The notes under the pieces are model-generated. The model ran no database searches, had not been told where the DNA came from, and worked only from the letters and a program-made list of their open reading frames with translations. DNA of 64,000 nucleotides from Octopus vulgaris (lineage: Eukaryota), in NCBI GenBank assembly GCA_951406725.2, contig OX597818.1, forward strand, positions 26,226,001 through 26,290,000, written 5' to 3'. The position numbers and the translations under genes were made by a program. Below, piece by piece: positions 14,403 to 26,952 of the stretch (position 1 is its first letter; every line of letters begins with the position of its first letter).

Positions 14403-14494
14403 GTTTTTGATAAACTCAGTCATAGACATGGATACCATATCATCATTGATTAAAATTTATGTAAATGACTTTCATAAAATACCAAAAAAATTAG
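14403..14494 (+). CDS. HELZ-like helicase, exon
   Basis: tatcag|G...TTAG|gtaatt; 92 nt, phase 2 to 1, open frame FLINSVIDMDTISSLIKIYVNDFHKIPKKL. Confidence 0.75.
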
Positions 14495-14643
14495 GTAATT
14501 ATGATATAATTTTATTTTTAATTATTACTTAATCATTGTTATATGTTTTATCTTATATTTAATCTTTATATAATATGTAATTTTTCTAAATGGTATAATT
14601 TAATTTTTCAATATTGAATTGATAAAAGGTGGTTTTTTTTCTA

Positions 14644-14694
<51 letters not shown>

Positions 14695-14790
14695 TTTGTA
14701 AAATTTGATTTAGTATTTCTAAATTGAATTTTTCCTTGTAAGTTTGGAATAATATTCCCTCATATTATATATATATAAATATATATATAT

Positions 14791-16446
14791 ATTGTTATAT
14801 TTCGGAATGGTCATTTTGCCAGTTTAGCCAATAAAAACACACGCACTATATATTTGGTGTTATTTTGCTTCAGTGTTATTTATTTTTTACATTAATCTTA
14901 ATCTTATTTCGGCCAGAGTTCTTTCGTCACACTCCTGTGACCACATCAGTGGTCCTTTGTTTTCTTCTTTCTTATTTGTGTCTCTCCTTACTAACCGTCA
15001 GCCATTTTGTATTTCTATTGTGTCTTCATTTGCGCATGCTTATATCTCTATGTGCGTCTATGTTTATTTAGTGTGTGTATGTGGGGGGATGCCTGTAATA
15101 TTTGTATCTTCTGTTTATATACGTTCATGTAATTTGTATTTTGTTTTTGTTGTTGTTGTTTTTGTTTATTCTTATTTTGTTCATGTGTTTACATCCACTT
15201 ATTATTATCATTACATATGCTTGTATGTATGTATGTATGTATGTATAACAACAATACTAGTAATAATAATAATAAATCGAATCGACAAAAAAAAAAATAT
15301 ATATATATATAGTTATTTATTTCTATTTGTTTATTATATCTGTGTATTTATTATGTTTTCGGGATCCTCTATCGTCATATGTTGTGGTGTGTGCTAGTGC
15401 TCCATTCTAGTTTTCTATTGAGGCTAGGTTTATTTTCTATTAGGTGTGTAGCTTCTGTAATTTGTCTGATTGTTGCATCTGTTCTATGTATGGACAATAT
15501 TTTAATTTCTATATTGTTGATTGATTCCCCCGTGTTCCTGTTCGGCGTGTTGGTACAGAATCGATGAGCTTTTACCTTCCTTGAGTTGTCTCCAATGTCC
15601 ATTTACCTGCTCTCCTATGCTTCTTGCCGTTTCCCCTACGTATGTCGTTATCTTGTTACTGCATTGTCCTTCTATACATCTTATACTATAGACTACATTT
15701 CTGGCTTTACAGTTTGTTTGTAGGCTAAATCTACATACAGTACAGTACTTATCTGTACAGGGGGTTCTACTAAAAGGATAGGTTCTACCAATTATAGATT
15801 TGATAGGGTTGCCTGGCTTTTCAACAACCTTAATTCTTAGCTTAAGTTTGTCTAGGGTCCTTCTAAAGCGGTACGCCAGTTCACCTCCAGGGGTGGTGTC
15901 AACGAACATGACACTCTGGTATTTATGGCTATCATACCAAGAATTGGCCTTCCCTATTTTCTTTTTTGTTCTTTCTATAGTGTTCCATGACTTGTTCCTA
16001 TAGAGTGGGCAAATCCCATTCCTATCATTACATAATATATTATCAAATTTCTTTATGGCTCCTTTGTATACTCTGATCCTTTCTTTATGGCTGTAACCTG
16101 AGAACTGCATGCGGTGAATGAAATATTGTATGAGTCTCTTTAACTCTGTGGGCTCGCACATGCGTGACACATTTCTCATTATTCTGACGAGGTCTGCCAT
16201 CAAAATATTGAATTTGGCATTCTCCGCAATGGCTGAGTTCCGGTGGATCAAGTATTTTGAGGCCATAGGTTTGGCATAGTATGAATGAAGGATTTGGGTT
16301 TTATTATTCACAATTTCTAGCCAGAGTTCAGTGTCTAGTACTGGTAGTCTATGGCTAAACTGGCAAAATGACCATTCCGAAATATAACAATATCTGTTTC
16401 AACACACGACTTCACATAAAAAATCTTGCACAACAAATATTTAAAC
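14791..16446 (-). mobile_element. Penelope-like element (RT C-terminus plus GIY-YIG endonuclease), 5'-truncated, inverted terminal segment
   Basis: ORF 15502-16311 with Cys-rich linker CTDKYCTVC..C and VVYSIRC...YVGETARS, continued by frameshift (RQITEATHLIENKPSLN); 14791-14830 inverted at ~16352-16392. Confidence 0.88.
14911..14955 (-). ncRNA. type I minimal hammerhead ribozyme motif in PLE terminus (core variant)
   Basis: minus strand ggacca-CTGATGTG-gtcac(aggagt)gtgac-GAAA-gaac-TC-tggcc; A9 position reads T. Confidence 0.6.
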
Positions 16447-16447
<1 letters not shown>

Positions 16448-16507
<60 letters not shown>

Positions 16508-16703
16508 CATCTGCACAAATGTACATATATACATGTATATATATAAATGTATATATATACATGTATACGTATAGATGTATTTCTATAGATATAGATGTAT
16601 ATGTATACACGTATATGTGTAGATGTGTATGTGTATATATATATATATATGTACATGTAATATGTACACATATATATACACATATATACATCTATACACC
16701 CAT

Positions 16704-16738
<35 letters not shown>

Positions 16739-17047
16739 CATAGGTGCAAGTGTAGCTGTGTGGTAACAAACTTGGTTCCAAAACACATGGTCCTGTGTGG
16801 TGAATTAGCATGTGTCTTCTGCTATAGCCTCAGACCAACCAAAGCCATGTCAGTGGATTTTGTAAACAGAAACTGAAAGAAATCAATCGTATATATATGT
16901 ATGTATATATGTAAGTGTATGTGTATTGTCTCTGTGTTTCTCCCTCATCACAACTTCACAACTGCTGTTCATTTATTTACATCCCCTTAACTTACTGGCT
17001 TCATATGTATGTATGTATGTATGTATGTATATATATATATGTATGTA

Positions 17048-17109
<62 letters not shown>

Positions 17110-17301
17110 TGTATGTATATATGTATGTGTATGTATGCATGTATATATGTTTGTATGTATATATGTATGTGTATGTATGCATGTATATATATATGTATGT
17201 ATGTATGTATATATGTATGTGTATATATGTATGTATGTATGTGTATATATGTATGTATGTATGTATATATATATATATGTATATATATATACATATGTCT
17301 G

Positions 17302-17371
<70 letters not shown>

Positions 17372-17385
17372 GTATATATATATAT
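16448..17385. repeat. (TA)n/(CA)n/(TATG)n microsatellite field with embedded SINE family B (16742-17000)
   Basis: direct reading; source of YI/VC-rich spurious ORFs. Confidence 0.95.
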
Positions 17386-19684
17386 ATGATCTGGCAGTGT
17401 TTCTACTGCTGGATGCCCTTCCTAACGCCAACCACTCCGTGAATGTAGTGGGTGCTTTTTATGTGCCACCAGCACGGTGCCAGGCGAGACTGGCAACGAT
17501 CACAATCAGTTGGTGCTTAGTATGTGCCACCAGCACAGAGGCCAGTTGGGGTGGCGCTGGCAACGGCCACGTTTGGATGGTTCTTTTACGTGCCACCGGC
17601 ACTGGTATCACAACGACAATTTCCATTGATTTTTGAGAGATTTCGATTTCGATTCCGATTTCGCTTACCTCAACAGGTCTTCGCAAGCAGAGTTTTGTGT
17701 CCCAAGAAGGAAAGGTATTCATAAGTGGGCTGGCAGAGGCCATGGGTTATGGTCTCACTTGTCCTGCTGGGTCTTCTCATGCACAGCATACTTCCAAAGG
17801 TCTCGGTCACTAGTCATTGCCTCGGTGAGACCTAATGTTCGAAGATTGTGCTTCACCACCTCGTTCCAGATTTTCCTGGGTTTACCTCTTCTACAGGTTC
17901 CCTCAACCGGTAGGGTCTGGCACTTTTGCACGCAACTATCTTCATCCATTCTCGCCACATGACCATACCAGCGCAATTGTCTCTCTTGCACACTACAACT
18001 GATGCTTCTTAGGTCCAACTTTTCTCTCAAGGTACTTACACTATGTCGAGTATGAACACTGACATTACACATCCCTCGGAGCATGCTGGCTACATTTCTT
18101 GCGAGCTTACGCATGTCCTCAGCAGTTATGGCCCATGTTTCACTGCCATGTAACATGGCTGTTCGTACACATGCGTCATACAGTCTGCCTTTTACTCTGA
18201 GAGAGAGGCCCTTTGTCACCAACAGAGGTAAGAGCTCTCTGAACTTTGCCCAGGCTATTCTTATTCTAGCAGCTACACATTCAGAGCACCCTCCCCCGCA
18301 ACTGACTAGGTCACCTAGCTAACGGAAGCTATCAACTATTTCTAGTTTTTCTCCCTGGAATGATGCGGAAGTTGTTCTCTGCACATTTCCTGTGTTTATT
18401 GCTCCTAAGCATCTGCCACATACAAAAACTATCTTCCTAGTTAGCCTTCCTTTGATATTGCTGCACTTCTTATGTGTCCATAGCTTACACTGGGTACATC
18501 TTATAGAGTTTCTACCTATGCCTTTTCTACAGATCGAGCAGAGCCATCTATCTGAAGGTGTTTGTGATTTGTCTACCTTCCTACTTATTAGGACTTTGGT
18601 TTTAGCTAGGTTGACTCTAAGGCCCTTTGATTCTAATCCTTGTTTCCACACCTGAAACTTCTCTAGTTCTGATAGTGACTCAGCAATTAGAGCAAGGTTG
18701 TCAGCATAGAGGAGCTCCCAGGAGCATCCTGTCCTGAATTCCTCTGTTATTGCTTGGAGAACTATGATAAATAGGAGGGGGCTGAGGACTGAACCTTGGT
18801 GGACCCCTACTTCCACCTGGAATTCTTCACTGTACTCGTTGCGAACCCTCACCTTACTAACAGCATCCCTGTACATGGCTTGCACAGGTCTCACTAACCA
18901 TTCATCTATCCCTAGTTTCCTCATTGACCACCAGATAACGGATCGGGGGACTCTGTCAAAGGCTTTCTCCATGTCAACGAAAGCCAAGTACAGAGGTTTA
19001 TCTTTGGCTAGGTATTTCTCCTGCATCTGTCTTACCAGGAATATAGCATCAGTGGTGCTTTTCCCTGGCACAAACCCAAACTGCATCTCATCTAAACTGA
19101 TTCTCTCCCTAATTAGTTGGGCTATGACCCTCTCCGTGACCTTCATTACCTGATCCAGCAACTTGATACCTCTGTAATTATTTGTATCTAAGGTATCACC
19201 TTTTCCTTTGTAGCAGTTGACTATGGTGCTGCTACACCAGTCATTGGGTATGACTCCTTCATGTATCACCTGGTTAACTATACGGGTGACTATGCTATAG
19301 CTGACACTGCCAGATATTTTGAGAATCTCTGCAGTGATTCCTGATGGGCCAGGGACTTTCCCTGCCTTCATACTCTTGATTGCTTTAACTACCAAGGTAC
19401 TGTCAATTCAGATAGCTGGTCCCTCTGTTGGGTTGACATTCAGCAAACTCTCTTTCTCCCATTCATTCTCTTTATTGAGCAACCTTTCATAGAGGCGTCT
19501 CCAAACCTCTCTCTTTGCAGCCTCGTTTAGTGCAAGTGAACCATCATCCATACGAACATATTTCTCTCCTACCACATCACAATTCTCTCTCGCACACCGT
19601 CTTGCTACACGAAATACTTCAAGTCTTTGGTCCTCACGGTGCAGAACATTGGCAAATTTTTTCTTATCTGCTTCCCCTCTGGCT
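17386..19684 (-). mobile_element. RTE LINE, 5'-truncated, RT plus 3' UTR
   Basis: ORFs 18319-19395 and 17755-18222 with RT motifs (YADN), internal TAG stop, 3' UTR repeat units. Confidence 0.96.
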
Positions 19685-19699
19685 ATATTGCTACCCTGG

Positions 19700-20150
19700 G
19701 AAATGAGAAATTGAAACTCTGACGTCTGGTAACTGACTTGGTAAACACCCACAAAATAATTAACCATCATGCCAACAACCACCTTGAGCACCTTTTGAGC
19801 TCCACGTGTCTAACACACATAAGTACACCTACAAAGTCAGAAAACAGCACCCCTCTGTGACTTTTGAAAACATTTTTTCACACTCAGTGATGCTGATGCA
19901 CGAAACAAACTACCTGCATCAGTTGTTAGTTGCCAAGACATTGTATCTTTTAAAAACCACCATGCTTCCTTAAAGTCAGCAACACTACACCTGATATCCA
20001 CCCCTCCATACGCATGCTCATATGTATATCATGACTCATGCGCTGTTCATTTTCCTGAGTTTTGTACATAATTGTATGTGCTATACATGCACCTTTCATG
20101 TGTTGCTGTGCACCTGAGCACTATAAACAACAATTTCATTACTTATTCCT
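19700..20150 (+). mobile_element. decayed CR1/L2-like LINE 3' end
   Basis: ~19904-19958 translates NKLPASVVSCQDIVSFKN, like the WNxLPxxVVxxxxxxxFK ORF2 end; (ATT)-like tail. Confidence 0.55.
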
Positions 20151-20154
20151 TATT

Positions 20155-21719
20155 ATCATCATCATCATCATCATCATTTAGCGTCCGTTTTCCATGCTAG
20201 CATGGGTTGGACAGTTTAACTGGGGTCTGTGAAGCCGGAAGGCTTCATCAGGCCCAGTCAGATTTGGCAGTGTTTCTACGGCTGGATGCCCTTCCTAACG
20301 CCAACCACTCCACGAGTGTAGTGGGTGCTTTTTACGTGCCACCTGCACAGGTGCCAGACAGAGCTGGCACAACGGCCACGAACGGATGGTGCTTTTACGT
20401 ATCACCGACACGGGTGCCAGACGAGGCTGGCAGCGGACACGAACGGATGGGTCACTTAACCCCTGCTTTCTGATATATGATTTGATTTTGATTGTTCTCA
20501 CTGGTCTTGCCAGGTCTTCTCACGCACAGCATACTTCCACAGGTCTCGGTCTCTGGTCATTTCCTTGGTGAGACCTAGAGTTCGAAGGTTGTGCTTCACC
20601 ACCTCGACCCAGGTTTTCCTGGGTCTACCTCTTCCACAGGTCCCCTCAACTGCCAGAGTGTGGCACTTTTTCACACACCTATCTTCGTCCATTCTCGCCA
20701 CATGACCATACCAGCGCAATCGTCTCTCTTGCACACAACATCTGATGCCTCTTAGGTCCAACTTTTCTCTCAAGGTACTTACACTCTGTCGACTATGAAC
20801 ACTGACATTACACATCCAACGGAGCATACTAGCTTCATTTCTTGCGAGCTTACGTAAATCCTCAGCAGTCACAGCCCAAGTTTCACTACCATGTAGCATG
20901 GCTGTACGTACACATGCATCATACAGTCTGCCTTTTACTTTGAGCGAGAGGCCTTTTGTCACCAGCAGGGGTAATAGCTCTCTAAACTTTGCCCAGGCTA
21001 TTCTTACTCTAGCAGTTACACTTTCAGCACACCCGCCCACGCTACTGACTTGGTCACCTAGGTAGCGGAAGCTATCAACTACTTCTAGTTTTTCTCCCTG
21101 AAACGTGATAGAAGTTGGTCTCTGCATATTTTCAGAGTTTATTGCTCCTGAGCATCTGCCACAGATAAAAACTATTTTCTTAGTTAGTCTTCCTTTGACA
21201 TTACTACATCTCTTATATGTCCATCGCTTACATTTGGTGCATCTTATAGAGTTTCTACCTACGCCTTTTCTACAGATCGAGCAAGGCCATCTACCTGAAG
21301 GCGTTTGTGATTGGTCTACCTTCCTACTTATTAGGACTTTGGTTTTGGCTAGGTTGATTCTAAGGCCCTTCAATTCTAAACCTTGCTTCCACACCTGAAA
21401 CTTCTCCTCCAGTTCTGATAGAGACTCAGCAATTAGAGCAAGGTCATCAGCATAGAGGAGCTCCCAGGGGCATCCAGTCTTGAATTCCTCCGTTATTGCC
21501 TGGAGGACTATGATAAATAGGAGGGGGCTGAGGACTGAACCTTGGTGGACCCCAACCTCTACCCTGAATTCTTCACTGTACTCGGTGCCAACCCTCACCT
21601 TACTAGCAGCGTCTCTGTACATGGCTTGTACAGCTCTCACTAACCATTCATCTATCCCTAGTTTCCTCATTGACCACCAGATAAGGGATCGGGGGACCCT
21701 GTCGAAGGCTTTCTCCATG
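20155..21719 (-). mobile_element. RTE LINE, young 5'-truncated copy with uninterrupted 3' ORF
   Basis: about 406 codons open from MEKAFD through YADD to stop at 20498; complete 3' UTR and (GAT)n tail. Confidence 0.97.
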
Positions 21720-21739
21720 TATATATATATGCTCACCTG

Positions 21740-21952
21740 TGTGACTCTTCTGTCCGGCAGTCACCATGATAGATCGTTAGCCACTACACTCATTTTTTTC
21801 TCTCTTTGTTTTTTTCTATGTCCCTTTCTGTAGAAGAGCATAGGCTCAAAACGTAAAAGACTTTTTCTATTCCTGAGCATTATACTAATACATCTGTTTG
21901 TTTTGTACACCACCTGTCTTCGTCTTTTGTTTTTTTCGTAAACTCTGCCTAT
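21740..21952 (+). mobile_element. PLE-like terminal fragment with decayed hammerhead motif (21824-21859)
   Basis: cttt-CTGTAGA-a-gagc(atag)gctc-AAAA-cg-TA-aaag. Confidence 0.5.
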
Positions 21953-22342
21953 ATATGAATTGATAACCAAGCAGAGAGTAGGGATTTATTCACATCCAAA
22001 ACTTTTTTATTAAATATTAAAAAGTTTTCTGCAGCATATATAACATTGACCAACATGTTTTTACTGTGATTGCACATTGCTTTGTATGTAGTTATGTATA
22101 TATATGTATAAAGGTAGGGTATTTCACCATATTCAATAAAACCCATCTGTCACAGTAAAAGTGGGATGCTAAAAGCATTAGATTTGGGAATACACTCACT
22201 GGGCCCTGTTTCTGTCAAACTCTTCCCACCTCTCAACTTCCCAACACCTTCCACCTTCACATTTATAACAATGGTACTGTTCATCTGTTATAAATCATAT
22301 GACAATAAAATCCAAACATATTTCTTGCTCTTTACGTTACTA

Positions 22343-22897
22343 TTGGGTTGTCCGGAAAGTTCATGCCAATTTATAGTAGCTTACCTTTCGACTTACTTTA
22401 GAACATGGTTGAGTTCATAAAATAGGATTTGACTACACCTCCATTTAGAACACAGTTTAAGCTATCTTTTCGTGGAAGAAAGTTTATGTTCCTATAACCT
22501 GTGTTAATTTTGTAACCCTTTAAAATGGAAGATAAGAAAGTTCATTTTCGGCACTTGATGCTTTGAGAACCAGACAAAAATTATTGCAGTTCAGCTGGGA
22601 TGTGTTACCCCACCCTCCATATTCACCAGATATTGCTCCTTCGGATTTTCACTTACCCAGGTCTCTGCAGAATAGTCTTAATGATAAAAATTTTAATTCC
22701 TTGGATGATGTAAAAAGATACCTTCATGAATTCTTTGCCATGAAACCACCTCAATTCTGGGAAGAGGGTATTTTCAAGTTAAAGGAAAGATGGAGACACA
22801 TTGTGCAACAAAATGGTTCATTAAAAATGTAATGGCAAGTATTTATTGACCTTTTTCTTTCCTTTAAAAATTGGCACGAACTTTCCGGACAACTCAA
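22343..22897 (+). mobile_element. internally deleted mariner
   Basis: TIRs TTGGGTTGTCCGGAAAGTTC / GAACTTTCCGGACAACTCAA, TA on both sides; MEDKKVHFRHLML joined to HPPYSPDIAPSDFHL. Confidence 0.93.
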
Positions 22898-23039
22898 TAG
22901 TTACCTTCCCCTCTCCCTGAAACCACTTCCTTTACCGTCCATCCCACATTCTAAATATTATCTCTCCTTGCTTTATTTTCACTAGTCACTATTTCTTTAT
23001 TATCCATACGGATTAACACAGATGGGGACAATACAATGT

Positions 23040-24280
23040 TTGGGGTCAACATGGAACTTTTTACAATAAAATCGAATGGGTTATTTACAATGAGATGAAA
23101 TTACAATGAAAATTAAATAGGACAAATAAACAAAATAAACAATGAAGATAAAAGAACAGGATAGCCAAACCCACAAGCCGTTATTTTAGCTGAAACCTTT
23201 TGGTAGGTGATCATGGCATGTTCATGCAGGGCCTTTCACACCCAGCATCCGTGCTACACGCATCCATCTTTTTTTGAATACAGACTCTGTCAGACACCTA
23301 TTCTCTAGCTCCACCTTCCTCTTCAGCTGGAATCTGAAGAAGTTCGTTAGGGCGGTGCCGGAGGTCATGGTGTCTGACATTATACCTTTCACTCTGGTCC
23401 TCCATATCACCTCTTTCGCAACAGCTACTATCACGAGAAAGCAATGCTTGCCTTCGTTCGTCATGAAACCAGGCGGGTCAATTTTAAAGATTGACTCAGA
23501 CGACAGCTGTACTCTTCCTTCGTCCGACAACAGGTGTTCGGCGTAAACCCACACTTCCGAAATTTCCGGACATTGAACAATGGCGTGCAGGACTGTTTCC
23601 ACATCCCGCCTGCATCTTGGACAGGCCGAAGGTCCACCGTGACCATGCCTTGTGAGTTTATCGTGAACGGGTAATGCTCCTCTGTAACACTGCCAGACCA
23701 GGGACTTCTGAAAGTTATCCAGCATCCCTGGTCTGAATGTCCTTTGGAACAGGCTGTCCAACAGATTACCGTCGAGACCCAGGGTCCTTCCCAGGGTATC
23801 GTCATTTCCGGCCTCTACCAACCTGCTATAGAACGCTGCAGTTGTACCAAAGCCACCGGCATTGCCCAAGCTGCAGAAGCGTAGGAGAGCCTTCCGGCAC
23901 TCCGAATACCACATACTCGATCTTAGTCTGTGACGAAACCAGGTTTCTCTACCACCAAAGCTGGGGAACGTCTGTTTTGTGAGCGGGGACCACACCCATT
24001 CACCTTCCAGGTAGAGCCAAAGATGCCTCAACCTCAGCGCATGTCTGCGCATCAACAGCCAAGGCATCTCTAACCCACCCTTTAATGGCTTTTGACAGCA
24101 GACAGATCGTCTCACAAGAGGAGTGGAACCCTTCCACCGGAAGCGAAAGATTTGCCTCTCCAACTTGTTCACCCACGAATCCGGACAGGGGACGACGGTT
24201 AGGCGGTATATGATGACCGATGCCATGAACACATTGGCCACCTCCGCCCTCCCTTTCAAGGATAGCCACCGCCGACTGTA
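23040..24280 (-). mobile_element. L1/Tx1-clade LINE, ORF2 C-terminus (zf-RVT) and T-rich 3' end
   Basis: 345-aa ORF with LSLKGRAEVAN, KGGLEMP, LPVHDKL..CPRC...ETVLHAIVQC; GC-rich relative to host; 5'-truncated. Confidence 0.88.
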
Positions 24281-24947
24281 TCCCTCTTCCCTGAGCTACA
24301 TCTTAGAACTGTCTTACCCCATTTTTAACACCTTTTCGTATCTGCCATCAACACCCCCACCTTTGTCCTTCACTCACTACAACCATCATTACATATTTCT
24401 GATATTCATCACTGTCCTTGTATATCTTTTTCTTCCCCATTCTCACATCAGCTCCCTGTTTTCTTTTTTATTGCAGGTTTATTATATTGTTGTTCTCCAC
24501 CCTTTCTATGCTGCTACTGATCACCTACTTCTTCATGAACTACTTTTTCTCTTTTCTTTTCTTTTTTTTGTACCTTTATCATTGGCCACACTGCCTTCCT
24601 TGTATATTATTAATTACATATCTAATCATCTTTCTCTTCTCACATTTATGAACTTACCATCCACATTTCCCTCTTCAGTTCAATTTCCCCTCTTATACCC
24701 ACCGTCTTGTACCTTGAGAGTGTGCTCTGACACCTCATCACCATCATTATCTTCATTCCAGCTACTCTCATCTGTACCTGTACAATGTGAAGTAGCTATT
24801 TATCATTTCTGCCCTTCTATCATACTTTTATCTCTCAACACTAGGCATAAAGCCACCTTCCCTTCTACTGTAACCCCACCCAGTTGAGTGGGGGTTTCCT
24901 TAATATTTAATACTCATTTATTAATGTATTTTCAAAATACTTTTCAG

Positions 24948-25121
24948 TTGAGGATAGCTTTCCTGAGCAAATTGTGAAATATGAATATCCAACAGATGGT
25001 TTTCGCATGATCAAACTGGTAGAATGGTTATATTTAGCCAGTAATAATGACAGAGCAAAAACTGAAAATTATCAAATTATTGTTTGTTCTAAGAATGAAT
25101 CTACACTAGATGCAATAGCAA
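24948..25121 (+). CDS. HELZ-like helicase, exon of degenerate second helicase domain (motif I/Ia region)
   Basis: ttttcag|TT...A|gtaagt; 174 nt, phase 1/1; QIIVCSKNESTLDAIA resembles motif Ia (ILVCAPSNxAVD); no GxxGTGKT. Confidence 0.8.
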
Positions 25122-25307
25122 GTAAGTACTCTGCTTGACAGTTTTGTAATCACAGTCTACATTACAAATAATAGTTGATTGCAATAGACATGGTGATTAT
25201 TAACTATAATTAATTTTTTTTTGTGAAGACAAGGAGAAACACCACTCTGAAGGCAGTTCTACTTTATATACCATATATAATCTCATCTTTATGAATATGT
25301 TACAGTG

Positions 25308-25682
25308 GAAGTGCAATAGCCCAGTGGTTAGGGCAGTAGACTCGTGGTCATAGGATCATGGTTTTGATACTCAGACCAGGTATTATGAGTGTTTATTGAG
25401 TGAAAACACCTAAAGCTCCATGACTCTGGCAGGGTGTGGTGGCGAACCCTGCTGTATTCTCCCACTATAACTTTCTCTCATTCTTTCTTCTTTCTGTTGT
25501 ACCTGTATTTTAAAGGGCCAGCCTTTATCACACTCTGTGTCACACTAAATCTCCCCGAGAACTAAGTTAAGAGTACATATGTCTGTGGAGTGCTCAACCA
25601 CTTGCACATTAATTTCACGAGCAGGCTGTTCCGTTGACCGGATCAGCTGGAACCCTCGTTGTAACTGACGGAGTGCCACAAT
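25308..25682 (+). mobile_element. tRNA-derived SINE, family C
   Basis: A box TAGCCCAGTGG, degenerate B box, TTGAGTGAAAACACCT CORE-like segment; related heads at 36030, 43118, 49200-49522. Confidence 0.7.
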
Positions 25683-26620
25683 TACTACTAGGTGTCAAAG
25701 GAAAATTACATATCCATTCAAACTACTGTTAACTTTTCATAATAAATTAACATTTTTCATATTCAACCCATTCCTTTAAAATCATTACAATTCTCTATTT
25801 ATTGCTTATGTTACATTAATATACAGCATCACACTCTTCTGTTTATTAAAAGTGGTCTCTTCAGAGTTTGCCTTAAATATATTATACATTTTGGTATTTG
25901 ATACAATATTGTACATGTGATTGCACCAGTAAAAATTAACAATGATGTGATACTTTTTATTTATGTTTTAGTTCAAAAATGATAAGCTGACAGTGAAAGC
26001 TGTGGTTTTTAGCTTATAATAAAGTGATTCTTCCACCTTATAACAATGTTATTGTTTCAATTTCTACCTGTGCAACTGCACCTCATCGTATATGTAAGGG
26101 TTTATGAACATCATCATCATTTAACATCTAAGCATGGTTTCTATGGCTAGATGCACTTCCTAATACCAACCACTTTACAGAGTGTGCTGGATGCTTTTAT
26201 GCAGCACTGGCACTTTTACATGGCACCACTGCAAGTGCTTCTGCTGCAGAGTATGGGTCTTCTTGAGTACAGCAAGGTGCCAGGCATCTTGGTCCTTTGT
26301 CATCTCACCTGAAAGGTTCAGTGTCCTGAAGTCATTCTTCAGTACTTCATACCATATCTTTCTGGGTGTTCCACTTCCATGTATTCCATCTACTTTGAGA
26401 AATTTAAATATTTTGTAGATAACACATATAAGACAAAGAAGCAGATGGTTTTAAATTTTTGATTATACTTATTTTCCTGAGGATACTAGTATTTTTTTTT
26501 TTTAGAAAGGCATGAGTATCACAAGTTTCAGTTCTCCACATTCTCTAAAAGAAAAACGTTTGTATATAATGGAAATATATTTTACACAGTTAAACTTTAA
26601 CATTTCCTTTCCATTTCCAG

Positions 26621-26952
26621 ATCAATTGAAAACTCAGCAGATCTTAGAAAACTGTATTATGAGAGTAGCTGATGAAAAAACAGAAGACAGCTATTTTGAA
26701 AAATACTGGCAATCAAATGTTTCAATCAATTCACAAGATGGTCTCACATATCTTCATGAACATCTATTGTGGAAGAATAGTTTGTTTCAAAAGTACATGG
26801 AGACTGTGAAAACACTAAAAGCTACTGGAATTGATGTATCATTGCAAACAAATAAGTTCAAAGAAAATATATTGGAAAATTCCCATATAATTTTTTGCAA
26901 CATTGTGACAACAAACCGACAGTTATTCAAGAAATTAAACAAAAAGAAAATG
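26621..26952 (+). CDS. HELZ-like helicase, exon of degenerate second helicase domain
   Basis: ttccag|AT...ATG|gtaggt; 332 nt, phase 1 to 0; ILENSHIIFCNIVT resembles motif Ib (LxxAxVIxxT). Confidence 0.8.

Noticed and set aside
14873-15397. 174-aa hydrophobic ORF
   Set aside because: T-rich antisense strand of the PLE 3' region.
16335-17442. Many YI/VC/HT-rich ORFs
   Set aside because: Dinucleotide and tetranucleotide repeat translations.
24123-24887. 254-aa plus-strand ORF
   Set aside because: Antisense of the Tx1/L1 fragment running into pyrimidine-rich low-complexity DNA; no motifs and no fit to the gene's splice pattern.
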